Positions 40,061 through 48,954 of a stretch of DNA of 64,000 nucleotides are shown in pieces. The stretch's first letter is position 1. Each line of letters begins with the position of its first letter. The position numbers and the translations under genes are program-made. Location of the stretch: the NCBI GenBank assembly GCA_963579555.1, contig CAUZHA010000002.1, positions 4,307 through 68,306 on the forward strand, read 5' to 3'. The DNA comes from Planctomycetes bacterium UBA1146 (GTDB taxonomy: Bacteria > Planctomycetota > UBA8108). A model generated the notes under the pieces. That model did no database searches, was not told the DNA's origin, and saw nothing but the letters and a program-made list of their open reading frames with translations.

Positions 40061-40845
40061 CGAGTCGATTCGCCGCCTTCCCCGATGCCGGCCTCTCTGA
40101 GAGAGTTCTTCGCGCCCTGGAGCATCAGCGCGACATCACTTCCGAGCGCAAGGAAGGTCCAGCCCTCATCGATCCTGCGGCGGAGCTGCTCGGGAAGAAG
40201 GGTGTGGAGCCCGGGGGCAACGCCGTGCTTGAGGGCGGTCTCTCGCAGGTGGTTCATGGCCTCGACAAATTCCTTGTCATCGGATTCCATTCCGGGAGTT
40301 TTTTCCATGGACTGTAGCAGGTCGTTCGGTCCGACGAAGATGGCATCGACGCCCTCTACCGCGCAGATCTCCTCGGCGTTTTCGACCGCCTGGATGTGCT
40401 CGGTCTGGACGGCGACAAAGATCTCGTTGCTGGCCTCGGCGTAGTATTCCGGAGCGGGTACGCCGAAGTTCAGGCAATGGAGGCTTCCCCCGACGCTGCG
40501 GTTTCCGGCCGGATGGTATCTCGTGGCTGCCACCGCCGCTCGCGCCTCCTCCGCGGTATTGACCATCGGCACGACGATACCGAAGGCCCCGTTGTCGAGG
40601 CAGCGCTTGATGTTCTCATGCGAATTGGAGGGCACCCTCGCCAGCGGGACGATGCCGGCCTCGGCGATGACTCCGAACATCTGGGCCGCCGTCTCCCAGT
40701 TCACCGGGCTGTGTTCGATATCCACGGTCAGCCACTTGAAGCCGGCTCGGGCGAGAAAGCGCGCCGCGAAGGGGCTGCACAGGTTCAACCAGCTTCCAAC
40801 CTGGACCTCGCCCCTTGAGAGCGCGGATTTGAGGGGGTTGTTCAT
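40054..40845 (-). CDS. HpcH/HpaI family 2-keto-3-deoxy-sugar acid aldolase
   Basis: GSWLNLCSPFAARFLARAGFKWLTVDIEH... matches the HpcH/HpaI aldolase fold family. Convergent 7-nt overlap with the adenosyltransferase gene. Confidence 0.8.
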   Translation of the reverse strand: MNNPLKSALSRGEVQVGSWLNLCSPFAARFLARAGFKWLTVDIEHSPVNWETAAQMFGVIAEAGIVPLARVPSNSHENIKRCLDNGAFGIVVPMVNTAEEARAAVAATRYHPAGNRSVGGSLHCLNFGVPAPEYYAEASNEIFVAVQTEHIQAVENAEEICAVEGVDAIFVGPNDLLQSMEKTPGMESDDKEFVEAMNHLRETALKHGVAPGLHTLLPEQLRRRIDEGWTFLALGSDVALMLQGAKNSLREAGIGEGGESTRY

Positions 40846-41005
40846 TCGGGTTACTCCTGGTCAGGATCGCGGAGGGCGCAGGTTCAGCAAAGGCCTGCCT
40901 GGCTGGGCAGTATGCCAGCCAGGGGCTGGAATCTCCAGCCCTGCCGGATTCTTCTTGCCGGAAGCGGCCGGGTGAAGCTTCGATATCAGGAGACCATCGG
41001 GAAGA

Positions 41006-41731
41006 TTGGAAAAGCTGATGCGCGGCGCAACGAATGAAACGAGAAGACAAGGCGGGATTGACTGGCGGCTCTGGCTGCGGGGAACGATCCTTCCCGGCGG
41101 CGGCCTGATTTTCAGCCTGCTCTCCCGGAGCGAGACCTTTGAGCACGGCCGTCTTCATGAGCAGCGTCCGCTTCTCCTGGTGGTCACGGTGCTGGCCGTG
41201 TCCGCTATCGTCTATTTCCTCGCCGCCCTGCGCTCGGGTCTCGAGCTTCTCGGAATCACCGGGGAGTACGAGCTGGCACTTGGCGGCGCGCTCTATGGAT
41301 TTGAACTTTCGGGAATCGTCGCGCGCTCGGTCTGCGCCCTGCTGATCGGGGGGATCGTGATCCTGCTGGCGATGAGGTCGCGTTTCGATGAAGAGGCGGG
41401 TGTCTTTCTGAGCTCCTGGTTCCATGCTCTCGCGGCGCTTCTGCTCCTGGGGCCACTGGGCTCTCCCTGGTACTTCACCTGGTGCATCCCGCTGCTTCCT
41501 TTTGTACGGTACCGCAGCTGGCTGCTGCTGCCGTGTTTCTTAATGGTCTATTCTCTCGGTTTCTGGTACGAGTATCGTATTGATGACGAAAGCCTGGCGG
41601 AACGGTTTGCTGACAGGGACCTGCTTGTCAGCTTCGGCCTGTTCTATCTTTGCCTGGGCTTCGAATGGTGGAGAGAAAAGAGAGCAGGAAGAGATGGTGA
41701 AGAGGAACAAGAGTCACTTTGTGACGCGTGA
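41006..41731 (+). CDS. Hypothetical polytopic membrane protein
   Basis: Several predicted TM helices (LLLVVTVLAVSAIVYFLAAL, LLIGGIVILLAM, ALAALLLLGPLG). The overlapping minus-strand ORF looks like noise. Confidence 0.5.
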   Translation: MEKLMRGATNETRRQGGIDWRLWLRGTILPGGGLIFSLLSRSETFEHGRLHEQRPLLLVVTVLAVSAIVYFLAALRSGLELLGITGEYELALGGALYGFELSGIVARSVCALLIGGIVILLAMRSRFDEEAGVFLSSWFHALAALLLLGPLGSPWYFTWCIPLLPFVRYRSWLLLPCFLMVYSLGFWYEYRIDDESLAERFADRDLLVSFGLFYLCLGFEWWREKRAGRDGEEEQESLCDA

Positions 41732-42281
41732 GGAGACACGGGTCGAGCGTTATCCCTGGGGACCCCATGACTGGCTGTGCCGCCCTGACCTGGTGGACTC
41801 CGATGGCCTGTTGATGGTAAGGGTCGAGGTTCCACGGACCGAGGGCATTCCCTTCCATCTTCATCCGGGGATGGAAGAGATCATCTACGTCCTGCAGGGC
41901 AAGGCCGAACAATGGGTTGGTGAGGAAGTGCGGATTATCCAGGCCGGGGAGATCGCCCACATCCCGGCCGATACGGTCCATGCGACCTTCAACGCCGGCC
42001 GGGGAGTACTGAAGCTGCTGTGCGTGAACGGTAAGCCGGAAGAGGCCGGAGCGTCTCTCGTCGATGTGCAGGATGAAGAGCCCTGGTGTTCGATTCGTTC
42101 ACTTGGCAGCGCCAGGCTGTCGGAAAAACTGCAGGTACTCAAGCTGGCCAGGAAGAAACCTGAAGTCGATGGTCGCGAGATACGCCGTACGCTCAAGAGT
42201 GTACGTTCAGCTGCCAGGAACGCCGCTCCCGTTCGCGCAAAGAGCTCGCGGGATCGCCAGCGGCGCGGAAAAGACAGCTGA
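41694..42281 (+). CDS. Cupin domain protein
   Basis: FHLHPGMEEIIYVLQGKAEQWVGEEVRIIQAGEIAHIPADTVHATFN cupin motifs G(X)5HXH...H. Start placed at the ATG with an upstream purine-rich RBS. Confidence 0.65.
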   Translation: MVKRNKSHFVTREETRVERYPWGPHDWLCRPDLVDSDGLLMVRVEVPRTEGIPFHLHPGMEEIIYVLQGKAEQWVGEEVRIIQAGEIAHIPADTVHATFNAGRGVLKLLCVNGKPEEAGASLVDVQDEEPWCSIRSLGSARLSEKLQVLKLARKKPEVDGREIRRTLKSVRSAARNAAPVRAKSSRDRQRRGKDS

Positions 42282-42293
42282 CTCCGTCCCGGC

Positions 42294-43241
42294 CTATAAA
42301 TCCTGGTCGCAGAAGGGAAGCCCGGCGAGCTCGGTATTGAGACCAAAGAGCAGGTCACCGGCGGCCATCTCTAGCTGGCCGATCAGATCCTCGACGAAGA
42401 GGTCCTGGAAGCCAGCCAGCAGGCTGCAGATGAAGCCTCCCCGGGCGTTGAGCTCGATCACGACGCTGTCTCGGTCAAATTCGATCGGCAGGATCTCGAC
42501 GAGGATCAGATTGTCCTCATCATCAAAGCCGGTGACGAAGGGGACGACCATATCGCCGGAAAAATCGATGTCGACCTGGCAGTTGGTGTCACCGCCGAAG
42601 CCGGAGTCCACCCGGATCGTGAGACCCCGGACATTGCCCTCCATATGGCCGATCAGGCGTTCGTTGTCCATGTCGAGCTCCGTCGTGATTTCCGTGACCG
42701 CCACGGGGCAGCCGGGCTCGCCCTCGCACAGGGTGTCTTCATCCGCAGGGCAGATGGTGGCCGTCATGGTGTCGGTAACCTCGATGACTGCGGCATCAGG
42801 GGCGATGCAGATGATCGGAGCGACCTCCCTGCGGACCATCTCGGTGAGAAATTCCTGGTCGATGCATCGGGGGGGCTCAACGATGCCGCAGGGGTCCGCG
42901 GAGCAGCCGTCGGGGGGCGTCTGGCAATCAAGCGCGTCATCGTCGGTCTCATCGCAGCCGCATTCACCGAAGGGAGGCGGCGGCATTCTTCCACCCGAGA
43001 AAAGATAGGCGAGGGTAAAGATCGCATCGGAGATGTCGGCTTCACCGCTGTCATTGGCATCCTGTGCATCCGCGCAGCCGGGAGCCTCATTGCCGAGGAA
43101 GAGGATTCCCAGCAGCGCGACCGGGTCAGAGATGTCGACCTGGCCGTCAAGGTTCGAGTCACCACGGATGAATTGAGCGCTCTGGGCCTGCCGGGCGCCG
43201 AGCATAGAGACTACAAAAACCAGGACTACCTTCATTCTCAT
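42294..43241 (-). CDS. Secreted protein with N-terminal dockerin-like Ca-binding repeats and Cys-rich C-terminal region
   Basis: Signal peptide. Dockerin type-I-like repeats GDSNLDGQVDISD and DANDSGEADISD. C-terminal region rich in Cys/Asp. Confidence 0.65.
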   Translation of the reverse strand: MRMKVVLVFVVSMLGARQAQSAQFIRGDSNLDGQVDISDPVALLGILFLGNEAPGCADAQDANDSGEADISDAIFTLAYLFSGGRMPPPPFGECGCDETDDDALDCQTPPDGCSADPCGIVEPPRCIDQEFLTEMVRREVAPIICIAPDAAVIEVTDTMTATICPADEDTLCEGEPGCPVAVTEITTELDMDNERLIGHMEGNVRGLTIRVDSGFGGDTNCQVDIDFSGDMVVPFVTGFDDEDNLILVEILPIEFDRDSVVIELNARGGFICSLLAGFQDLFVEDLIGQLEMAAGDLLFGLNTELAGLPFCDQDL

Positions 43242-43413
43242 GTGAGGACCTCCAGCCCTTTTTGTTCAAACTGACAGGTTGTTTTTTCAGCGGACCAAAG
43301 CGTAGCCTGTCCGACTAGCTAAGGATAAGTCAATAAAGGACCCTTTATTAAGGTAATTGTCCGATCTCCAGGGGGGCAATGCAATTTCGAATTCACCCTG
43401 CCCGGGGTGGTTT

Positions 43414-44610
43414 TTAGAGGAGCTGGGCGCCATCGCCAATATTTGTTTCGAATATTCGCAGTGGTTTCATAAAGCGGGCGGTCCATTTCTCCGCGAGCCC
43501 AGCCTGGAATTCTGCAGCTGACTTTTTTTCTACCAGGTTGACGGTAGCTCCGCCGAAGCCACCGCCTGACAGCTTTCCGCCGATAAATCCCGGCAGGCCG
43601 GAGGCCGCCTCTACGAGGAAATCGAGCTCTTCACAGGAATTGCCGAAGAGATCCCGACTGGATGCATGGGACGCGATCATCAGCTCTCCGAGTTTTCCGC
43701 TGTCACCGTTTCGCAGAGCCTCGATGCCGTCCAGCACCCGGCCGTTTTCCCGGAGAACATGTTCCGCGCGTCGACGAGCCTCCGGCTCGATGGTGTCCCG
43801 GCAGTCGAGAAATTCTTCCAGCGTCACCTCCCGAAGGCTCGGCACCGGCCGCCCCAGGGCCTCGGCCAGCTGCCCTGCCGCGCTCTCGCAGTGAGCGCGC
43901 AGCCTGGCGTATTGTCCATCGGTCAGCTGGTGCTGCACCTCGGAATCGGCGATGACGAGGGAGATCCTGGAGCCGCGCAGGGGCAGGCGCTCGAAGTCAA
44001 GCGTCTTGCAGTCAAGGAAGAGGACGTGATCGCGTTTTCCGAAGAGCGCCGAAAATTGATCCAGGATCCCGCAGGGTACGCCGACGAAATCATTTTCCGC
44101 CCTCAGGCAGAGCTTCGCGATCTCCATGGGCTCCTCCGGCCGTCCGCCCAGCAATCCGTAGGCCGCCTCAGCCGTCGCCAGCTCGAGTGCCGCCGACGAG
44201 GAGACTCCCGCTCCGCTTGGCAGTGAGCTTTCCACCGCAAGGTTGATCGATGGCAGTCGCCTGCCGCCCTCCATGATCTCGCGAAGCACTCCCAGTGGGT
44301 AGTTGATCCACGATCCCCCCAACGGCGATGGCTTTTCGAGGCCGGCATCGATTCTCTCGTTGAGTTCGGAGCTCCAGCCGGCGAGGCGGCGGGGAGAGGT
44401 CTCGTCTTTTCCTGCCGCGAGGACGACCGCCAGCTCGAGGGCGACCGACAGGATGTAGCCGTTGTTGTAGTCCGTATGGTTTCCGAGCAATTCCAGTCGT
44501 CCCGGGGCCCTGGCCAGGACGCCGGGGTCCGAGCGGAATTGTTCCCGGTAGCTTTTCCGCGCGCGCTCAGCCAGCTCTTCGCAGGCTGGGAAACGTTCTG
44601 GCGTCATATC
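43414..44610 (-). CDS. galK: Galactokinase
   Basis: RAPGRLELLGNHTDYNNGYILSVALE galactokinase signature. GHMP kinase motif PSGAGVSSSAAL. Start placed at the internal Met (MTPERF...). Confidence 0.85.
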   Translation of the reverse strand, partial: DMTPERFPACEELAERARKSYREQFRSDPGVLARAPGRLELLGNHTDYNNGYILSVALELAVVLAAGKDETSPRRLAGWSSELNERIDAGLEKPSPLGGSWINYPLGVLREIMEGGRRLPSINLAVESSLPSGAGVSSSAALELATAEAAYGLLGGRPEEPMEIAKLCLRAENDFVGVPCGILDQFSALFGKRDHVLFLDCKTLDFERLPLRGSRISLVIADSEVQHQLTDGQYARLRAHCESAAGQLAEALGRPVPSLREVTLEEFLDCRDTIEPEARRRAEHVLRENGRVLDGIEALRNGDSGKLGELMIASHASSRDLFGNSCEELDFLVEAASGLPGFIGGKLSGGGFGGATVNLVEKKSAAEFQAGLAEKWTARFMKPLRIFETNIGDGAQLL

Positions 44611-44735
44611 GAGCTCCGATTCTCCAGGTCCGGTTTCGCGGTTATTGCTGGCACGATTGTGCGTCGCCCGCCGGTGAGCGTCAACGCAGATGAGGGAGCT
44701 TGTCATGGTCCCGGCGGCGTGGCACTATCGGCTCC

Positions 44736-45188
44736 ATGATGGATCCAGGGGAATCTCCAGGCTCAGCCGGCTCCCGTCCTCATGCGGAGGTGGTGGCCGG
44801 CGTCCTTGTTCGTGCCGATGCCTGCCTGCTCTGTCGGCGACCGGAGGGCAGCAATATGGCCGGATATTGGGAGTTCCCGGGCGGCAAGGTCAAGGAGGGA
44901 GAGACCCGTGAGGAGGCGCTCCGCAGGGAGCTGGAAGAGGAGCTTGGGGTCGCGGTATCAGTCGGAGAACATCTCTCGACCCTTGAATACAGCTATCCTC
45001 ATCTCGACATAACCCTCCATCTTTTCAGCTGCGACTCCTTCGAGGGAGAGCCGCGTGAGCTCTACCACCACTCCATCAGCTGGATCGTTCCTGGAGAGGT
45101 CGATCGGTCCTCGCTGGTTCCATCCAACCTGCCCTTTCTGGACATTCTCCTGCGCTCTGGAGAAGATACTTCGCGCGAGCCGGCCTGA
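44736..45188 (+). CDS. NUDIX hydrolase, MutT-like
   Basis: Nudix box GGKVKEGETREEALRRELEEELGV. Confidence 0.7.
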   Translation: MMDPGESPGSAGSRPHAEVVAGVLVRADACLLCRRPEGSNMAGYWEFPGGKVKEGETREEALRRELEEELGVAVSVGEHLSTLEYSYPHLDITLHLFSCDSFEGEPRELYHHSISWIVPGEVDRSSLVPSNLPFLDILLRSGEDTSREPA

Positions 45189-45241
45189 GAATTTGCGGGG
45201 GGCTCGGCTCTTTCACTTCCCGGCACTCTTAACAGGACCTG

Positions 45242-46495
45242 ATGATGACCAGCACCTTCGATCCTGATTCCTGTCGACAGAATTTTCCGGCCCTTGAGAG
45301 AGAGGTCGATGGGCTGCCCGCGGTTTATCTCGATGGCCCGGCAGGCAGCCAGGTCCCCCGGAGCGTGATCGATGCCATGGGAGCTTATCTTGGCGGCCGT
45401 AACGCCAACCACGGAGGGAATTTTCTAACCAGCCGTGAGAGCGATGCGATGCTCACCGAGGCCCATCGCGCGGCGGCCGATTTTATGGGCGCCGCCGATT
45501 CCGACCTCGTTGCCTTCGGCGCCAACATGACGACCCTGACCTTCGCCCTGAGCCGCGCCCTGTCAAAAACCTGGAAGCCCGGTGACGAGGTGATTGTGAG
45601 CCGCTCGGCCCATGATGCCAACTTCAGCCCCTGGGTGCTCGCGGCCGCCGACGCGGGGGCGACGGTGAGCTATGTCGACATCCGGGCCGAGGACTGCACC
45701 CTCGACCTCGATGACCTGGCCGCGAAGCTCTCCAGCCGGACCCGGCTGGTGGCGATTGCCTGCGCGTCCAACTTCAGCGGGACGATTCATCCGGTGAAAA
45801 AGATCACCGCGCTGGCGCATGCTGCGGGAGCCCTCGTCTATGTCGATGCGGTGCACTACGCTCCCCATGCTCCGCTGGAGGTTGAGCGCTGGGGCTGTGA
45901 TTTCCTGGTTTGCTCGGCGTACAAGTTTTTCGGGCCTCACGTGGGACTGCTCTGGGGAAGACGCGAGTGGATGGAGGAATTGCCGGCCTACAAGGTAAGG
46001 CCGGCGGAGAACACCTCTCCTGGCCGCTGGATGACCGGCACCCAGAACCATGAGGGCATTGCCGGTACGCTGGCTGCGATCGACTACCTCGCGGATCTCT
46101 CGCGCACCGATGGCCAGCCTGCGGATCGAAGAGAGGCGCTGCTGAGGACCTGGGAGCTCATCGGTGAATACGAGAGGCTCCTGTTGAGGCGGCTGCTCGC
46201 TGGGCTTGCCGGGGTCAAGGGGCTGAAGGTCTGGGGCATCACCGATCCGGAGCGCGAGCGCGAGAGGGTTCCAACTGTCTCTTTCACGATCGAGGGATAT
46301 ACGAGCGTGGAGGTCGATCGCCACCTGGCCGCCCGCGGTATTTTCGCCTGGAGCGGCAACTTCTACGCCCTGCCGCTCTCGGAGGCCCTGGGTCTCGAGC
46401 CCGACGGGGCACTGAGGGTTGGACTGTTGCACTACAATACCTCCGGCGAGGTAGACCGCCTTGTTGCGGCCCTTGAGGAACTGGTCGGCGGCTGA
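45242..46495 (+). CDS. Aminotransferase class V / cysteine desulfurase-like PLP enzyme
   Basis: Overall similarity to the SufS/CsdA-type fold (…SAYKFFGPHVGLLWG… PLP-Lys region). Confidence 0.7.
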   Translation: MMTSTFDPDSCRQNFPALEREVDGLPAVYLDGPAGSQVPRSVIDAMGAYLGGRNANHGGNFLTSRESDAMLTEAHRAAADFMGAADSDLVAFGANMTTLTFALSRALSKTWKPGDEVIVSRSAHDANFSPWVLAAADAGATVSYVDIRAEDCTLDLDDLAAKLSSRTRLVAIACASNFSGTIHPVKKITALAHAAGALVYVDAVHYAPHAPLEVERWGCDFLVCSAYKFFGPHVGLLWGRREWMEELPAYKVRPAENTSPGRWMTGTQNHEGIAGTLAAIDYLADLSRTDGQPADRREALLRTWELIGEYERLLLRRLLAGLAGVKGLKVWGITDPERERERVPTVSFTIEGYTSVEVDRHLAARGIFAWSGNFYALPLSEALGLEPDGALRVGLLHYNTSGEVDRLVAALEELVGG

Positions 46496-46504
46496 GAGCA
46501 GTGC

Positions 46505-47254
46505 TCAGGCATCTCCCGGGGGAGGCTTCGCCTTGCGTCCTGGCCGCAGGGAGGTCATGTAGATCTGCTCCATCGAGCTCAGGCGTATGTCGGCCTTCAC
46601 GGGCGATTCCGGGGTGTAGTTGACGAGCCGCAGGAGAAAGGATCCATCCGCGTCCAGGTCGATGATGTTGATGCAGCCGGCATCCTGCTCGATTCGGCCG
46701 AAGGTGTCGAGGCCGCCGCCGAGGGCCCTCGACAGGATCATCCGGTTGGTGCCCCCGTGCGTCACCAGGAGAAGCTCTTTCCAGTCGTCGCGTGCCGCCA
46801 GGCCTTCGAAGGCTGGGACCACCCTGTCCTCCAGTGAACCGAAGGTCTCCCCGCCGAGAAACTCGGTGTCCCGAGTGAGGGACTTCCGCAGTGAATTGGC
46901 GAAGGCGAGGTCGGCGCCTTTGCCGGTGTTTTTGAAGGCATCGCCGGGCCTGATCTCGCGCAGGGTCTCGATCATTTCAGTCTGCGGCCTGGAGCCGATC
47001 TGCTCCAGGGCCAGCTCGGCGGTCTGCAGGGTTCGCGGCAGGCCGCTGGTTATTACCAGGTCAATTTTCGCTTCGCTGAGAGCCTTGCCGGCGGCGCGGG
47101 CCTGGCTCCGGCCCTCGCCGTTCAGCGGGACCTCTGCCTGCTGGTAGGGGAGCCCGCTGGGGTCAAAGTAGCTGACCTCGCCGTGGCGAAGAAGATAGAT
47201 TCTTCGCCGTGCGTTGATCACGTTTTCAAGCTCGGTTAGCATATCGTCGCGCAT
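46505..47254 (-). CDS. Histidine phosphatase family protein (phosphoglycerate mutase-like)
   Basis: RIYLLRHGEV (RHG catalytic motif). Start placed at the internal Met. Confidence 0.65.
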   Translation of the reverse strand: MRDDMLTELENVINARRRIYLLRHGEVSYFDPSGLPYQQAEVPLNGEGRSQARAAGKALSEAKIDLVITSGLPRTLQTAELALEQIGSRPQTEMIETLREIRPGDAFKNTGKGADLAFANSLRKSLTRDTEFLGGETFGSLEDRVVPAFEGLAARDDWKELLLVTHGGTNRMILSRALGGGLDTFGRIEQDAGCINIIDLDADGSFLLRLVNYTPESPVKADIRLSSMEQIYMTSLRPGRKAKPPPGDA

Positions 47255-47314
47255 ATTAGTTCCGCCGGGCCGATGGTTCAAGATGATCAGGCCGCGGGTC
47301 TCAGGGAGTAAAAC

Positions 47315-48109
47315 ATGAACAACCAGCTGCTGGAACAGGTATTGGAGGTCGCGGCAGCGGCCGGACGCGCCGCGATGGAACATTACGGAAGCGATGCCCC
47401 GGTGGAGTACAAGGAAGATAATTCACCGCTTACGCTTGCCGACAAGGCGGCCCACTTCGTGATCGTGAACGCGTTGCAGGTGCTGGATCCCTGGCTGCCG
47501 GTGCTGTCGGAGGAATCGGACAAGGATGAAATAGCCGACCGCAAGAGCTGGCATGATTTCTGGGTCGTCGACCCTCTTGACGGGAGCAAGGAGTTCATCA
47601 AGCAGAGCGGCCAGTTCACGGTGAATATCGCGCGGGTCCAGGGAGACGAGCCGGTGCTGGGTGTTGTTCACGCGCCCGCCACGGGTGAATACTATTACGC
47701 CGCGCGCGGCGATGGAGCCTTCGCCATCCGCGCGGATGGATCCGTCGACGAGATCGTCGTGAGTCCGGCTGATCCGCCGGGCCTGAGAATCGTGGCGAGC
47801 AAGGACCATGCGGGTCCGCAGGTGGAGGCTCTGCTCGAACGCCTCGATGACGCCGAGAGCGTCAGCATGGGGAGCTCGCTGAAGTTCTGCCTGGTGGCGG
47901 AGGGCGCGGCGGATTTCTATCCGCGTCTCGTCCCGACCATGGAGTGGGACACCGCCGCGGCCCAATGCATTCTCGAGACGGCCGGGGGCTACCTGGTCGA
48001 TCTCGCTGGACGCCGGCTTCGCTACAATAAGGATGACCTGCGCAATCCTTCCGTTCTCGCCTATGGAGATGATTCCATGGACTGGCGGGCCCTCCTCGAA
48101 GAGGACTGA
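47315..48109 (+). CDS. cysQ: 3'(2'),5'-bisphosphate nucleotidase CysQ (inositol monophosphatase family)
   Basis: WVVDPLDGSKEF motif. Overall IMPase family pattern. Confidence 0.8.
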   Translation: MNNQLLEQVLEVAAAAGRAAMEHYGSDAPVEYKEDNSPLTLADKAAHFVIVNALQVLDPWLPVLSEESDKDEIADRKSWHDFWVVDPLDGSKEFIKQSGQFTVNIARVQGDEPVLGVVHAPATGEYYYAARGDGAFAIRADGSVDEIVVSPADPPGLRIVASKDHAGPQVEALLERLDDAESVSMGSSLKFCLVAEGAADFYPRLVPTMEWDTAAAQCILETAGGYLVDLAGRRLRYNKDDLRNPSVLAYGDDSMDWRALLEED

Positions 48110-48132
48110 GAGTCCTTGCTGGCGGGGGAGGG

Positions 48133-48176
48133 GGCCGCGGTCCGGTGGCTCCCTGGAGGAGCCCCGGGCCGCGGTC
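48133..48176. terminator. GC-rich imperfect inverted repeat between convergent cysQ and the glutathione peroxidase gene (candidate bidirectional terminator)
   Basis: GGCCGCGGTCCGGTGGCTCC ... GGAGCCCCGGGCCGCGG forms a stem of about 17 bp. It is followed on the plus strand by the T-rich TCTGTTTCC. Confidence 0.35.
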
Positions 48177-48190
48177 TGTTTCCGCGCGTT

Positions 48191-48835
48191 CTATCCCTTC
48201 TTCTTCACTGCCGCGGGCTTCTTGTAGGCGCCGCGAGCGGTCAGGGCCTTGTCCAGCGCCGCCGTTACCTTCGCGCCCATGGGATTCTCCCTGGGCGAGA
48301 ATTTTGCCAGGACCTTTCCCTCATGGTTGATGAGGTATTTCTGGAAGTTCCATTTTACGGCTCCACCGAGCTTGAGATTCTTCTTGTCGGTGAGGAACCT
48401 GTAGATGGGGTGTATGTCTGCGCCCTTGACGGAGATCTTGGAAAAGAGAGGGAAGGTCGCCTTCTTCTCTTTCCTGCAGAAGGACTTGATCTCCAGGTCG
48501 GTGCCGGGTTCCTGTCCGTTGAAGTTGTTGGCCGGAAATGCGAGAACCTGGAAGCCCCTGGACTTGTACTTTTTCTGGAGTGACTCGAGACTCGAGTACT
48601 GTGGTCCGGTGAGGCCTCACCTGCTGGCGACATTGACGACGAGGAGGATCTGGTTCCTGAACTTGTCCAGGGCTACGGCCTTGCCGTCGATGTCCTTCGC
48701 CTTGAATTCAAAAAGCGAATTCAGCGTCTTCGCGTTCTTTCCGGCATCATCAGCCACGGCTCTCGCCATGAATCCGCCGGCGAGGAGCGCAAGACCGAGG
48801 ACGAGATATTTTCTGCGCATGTCTGCTCCTTGCAT
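48191..48835 (-). CDS. Selenocysteine-containing glutathione peroxidase (BtuE-like), periplasmic; in-frame TGA (48617-48619) decoded as Sec
   Basis: Manual translation through the TGA gives MQGADMRRKYLVLGLALLAGGFMARAVADDAGKNAKTLNSLFEFKAKDIDGKAVALDKFRNQILLVVNVASR-U-GLTGPQYSSLESLQKKYKSRGFQVLAFPANNFNGQEPGTDLEIKSFC...TFPLFSKISVKGADIHPIY...VKWNFQKYLINHEGKVLAKFSP. This is collinear with E. coli BtuE (VNVASKCGLTPQYEQLE..RGFMVLGFPCNQF..WNFEKFL), with the TGA exactly at the catalytic Cys position. Stop is TAG at 48191-48193. Confidence 0.85.
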
Positions 48836-48954
48836 AAGGGGGCATAAGGGGTTGGTGTCTCACGGCTGGTCGCCGCGACGAACATTCAGCATAGCAGCAA
48901 CCCCGGGCTAAGAAAAGAACCGCTGTCGTATCGGCGGGCCGCTCCGACAGGATC

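Noticed and set aside
40616-41425. 269-aa minus-strand ORF
   Set aside because: Composition is noise-like (R/Q/P/G-rich). The overlapping plus-strand ORF has a coherent multi-helix membrane profile.
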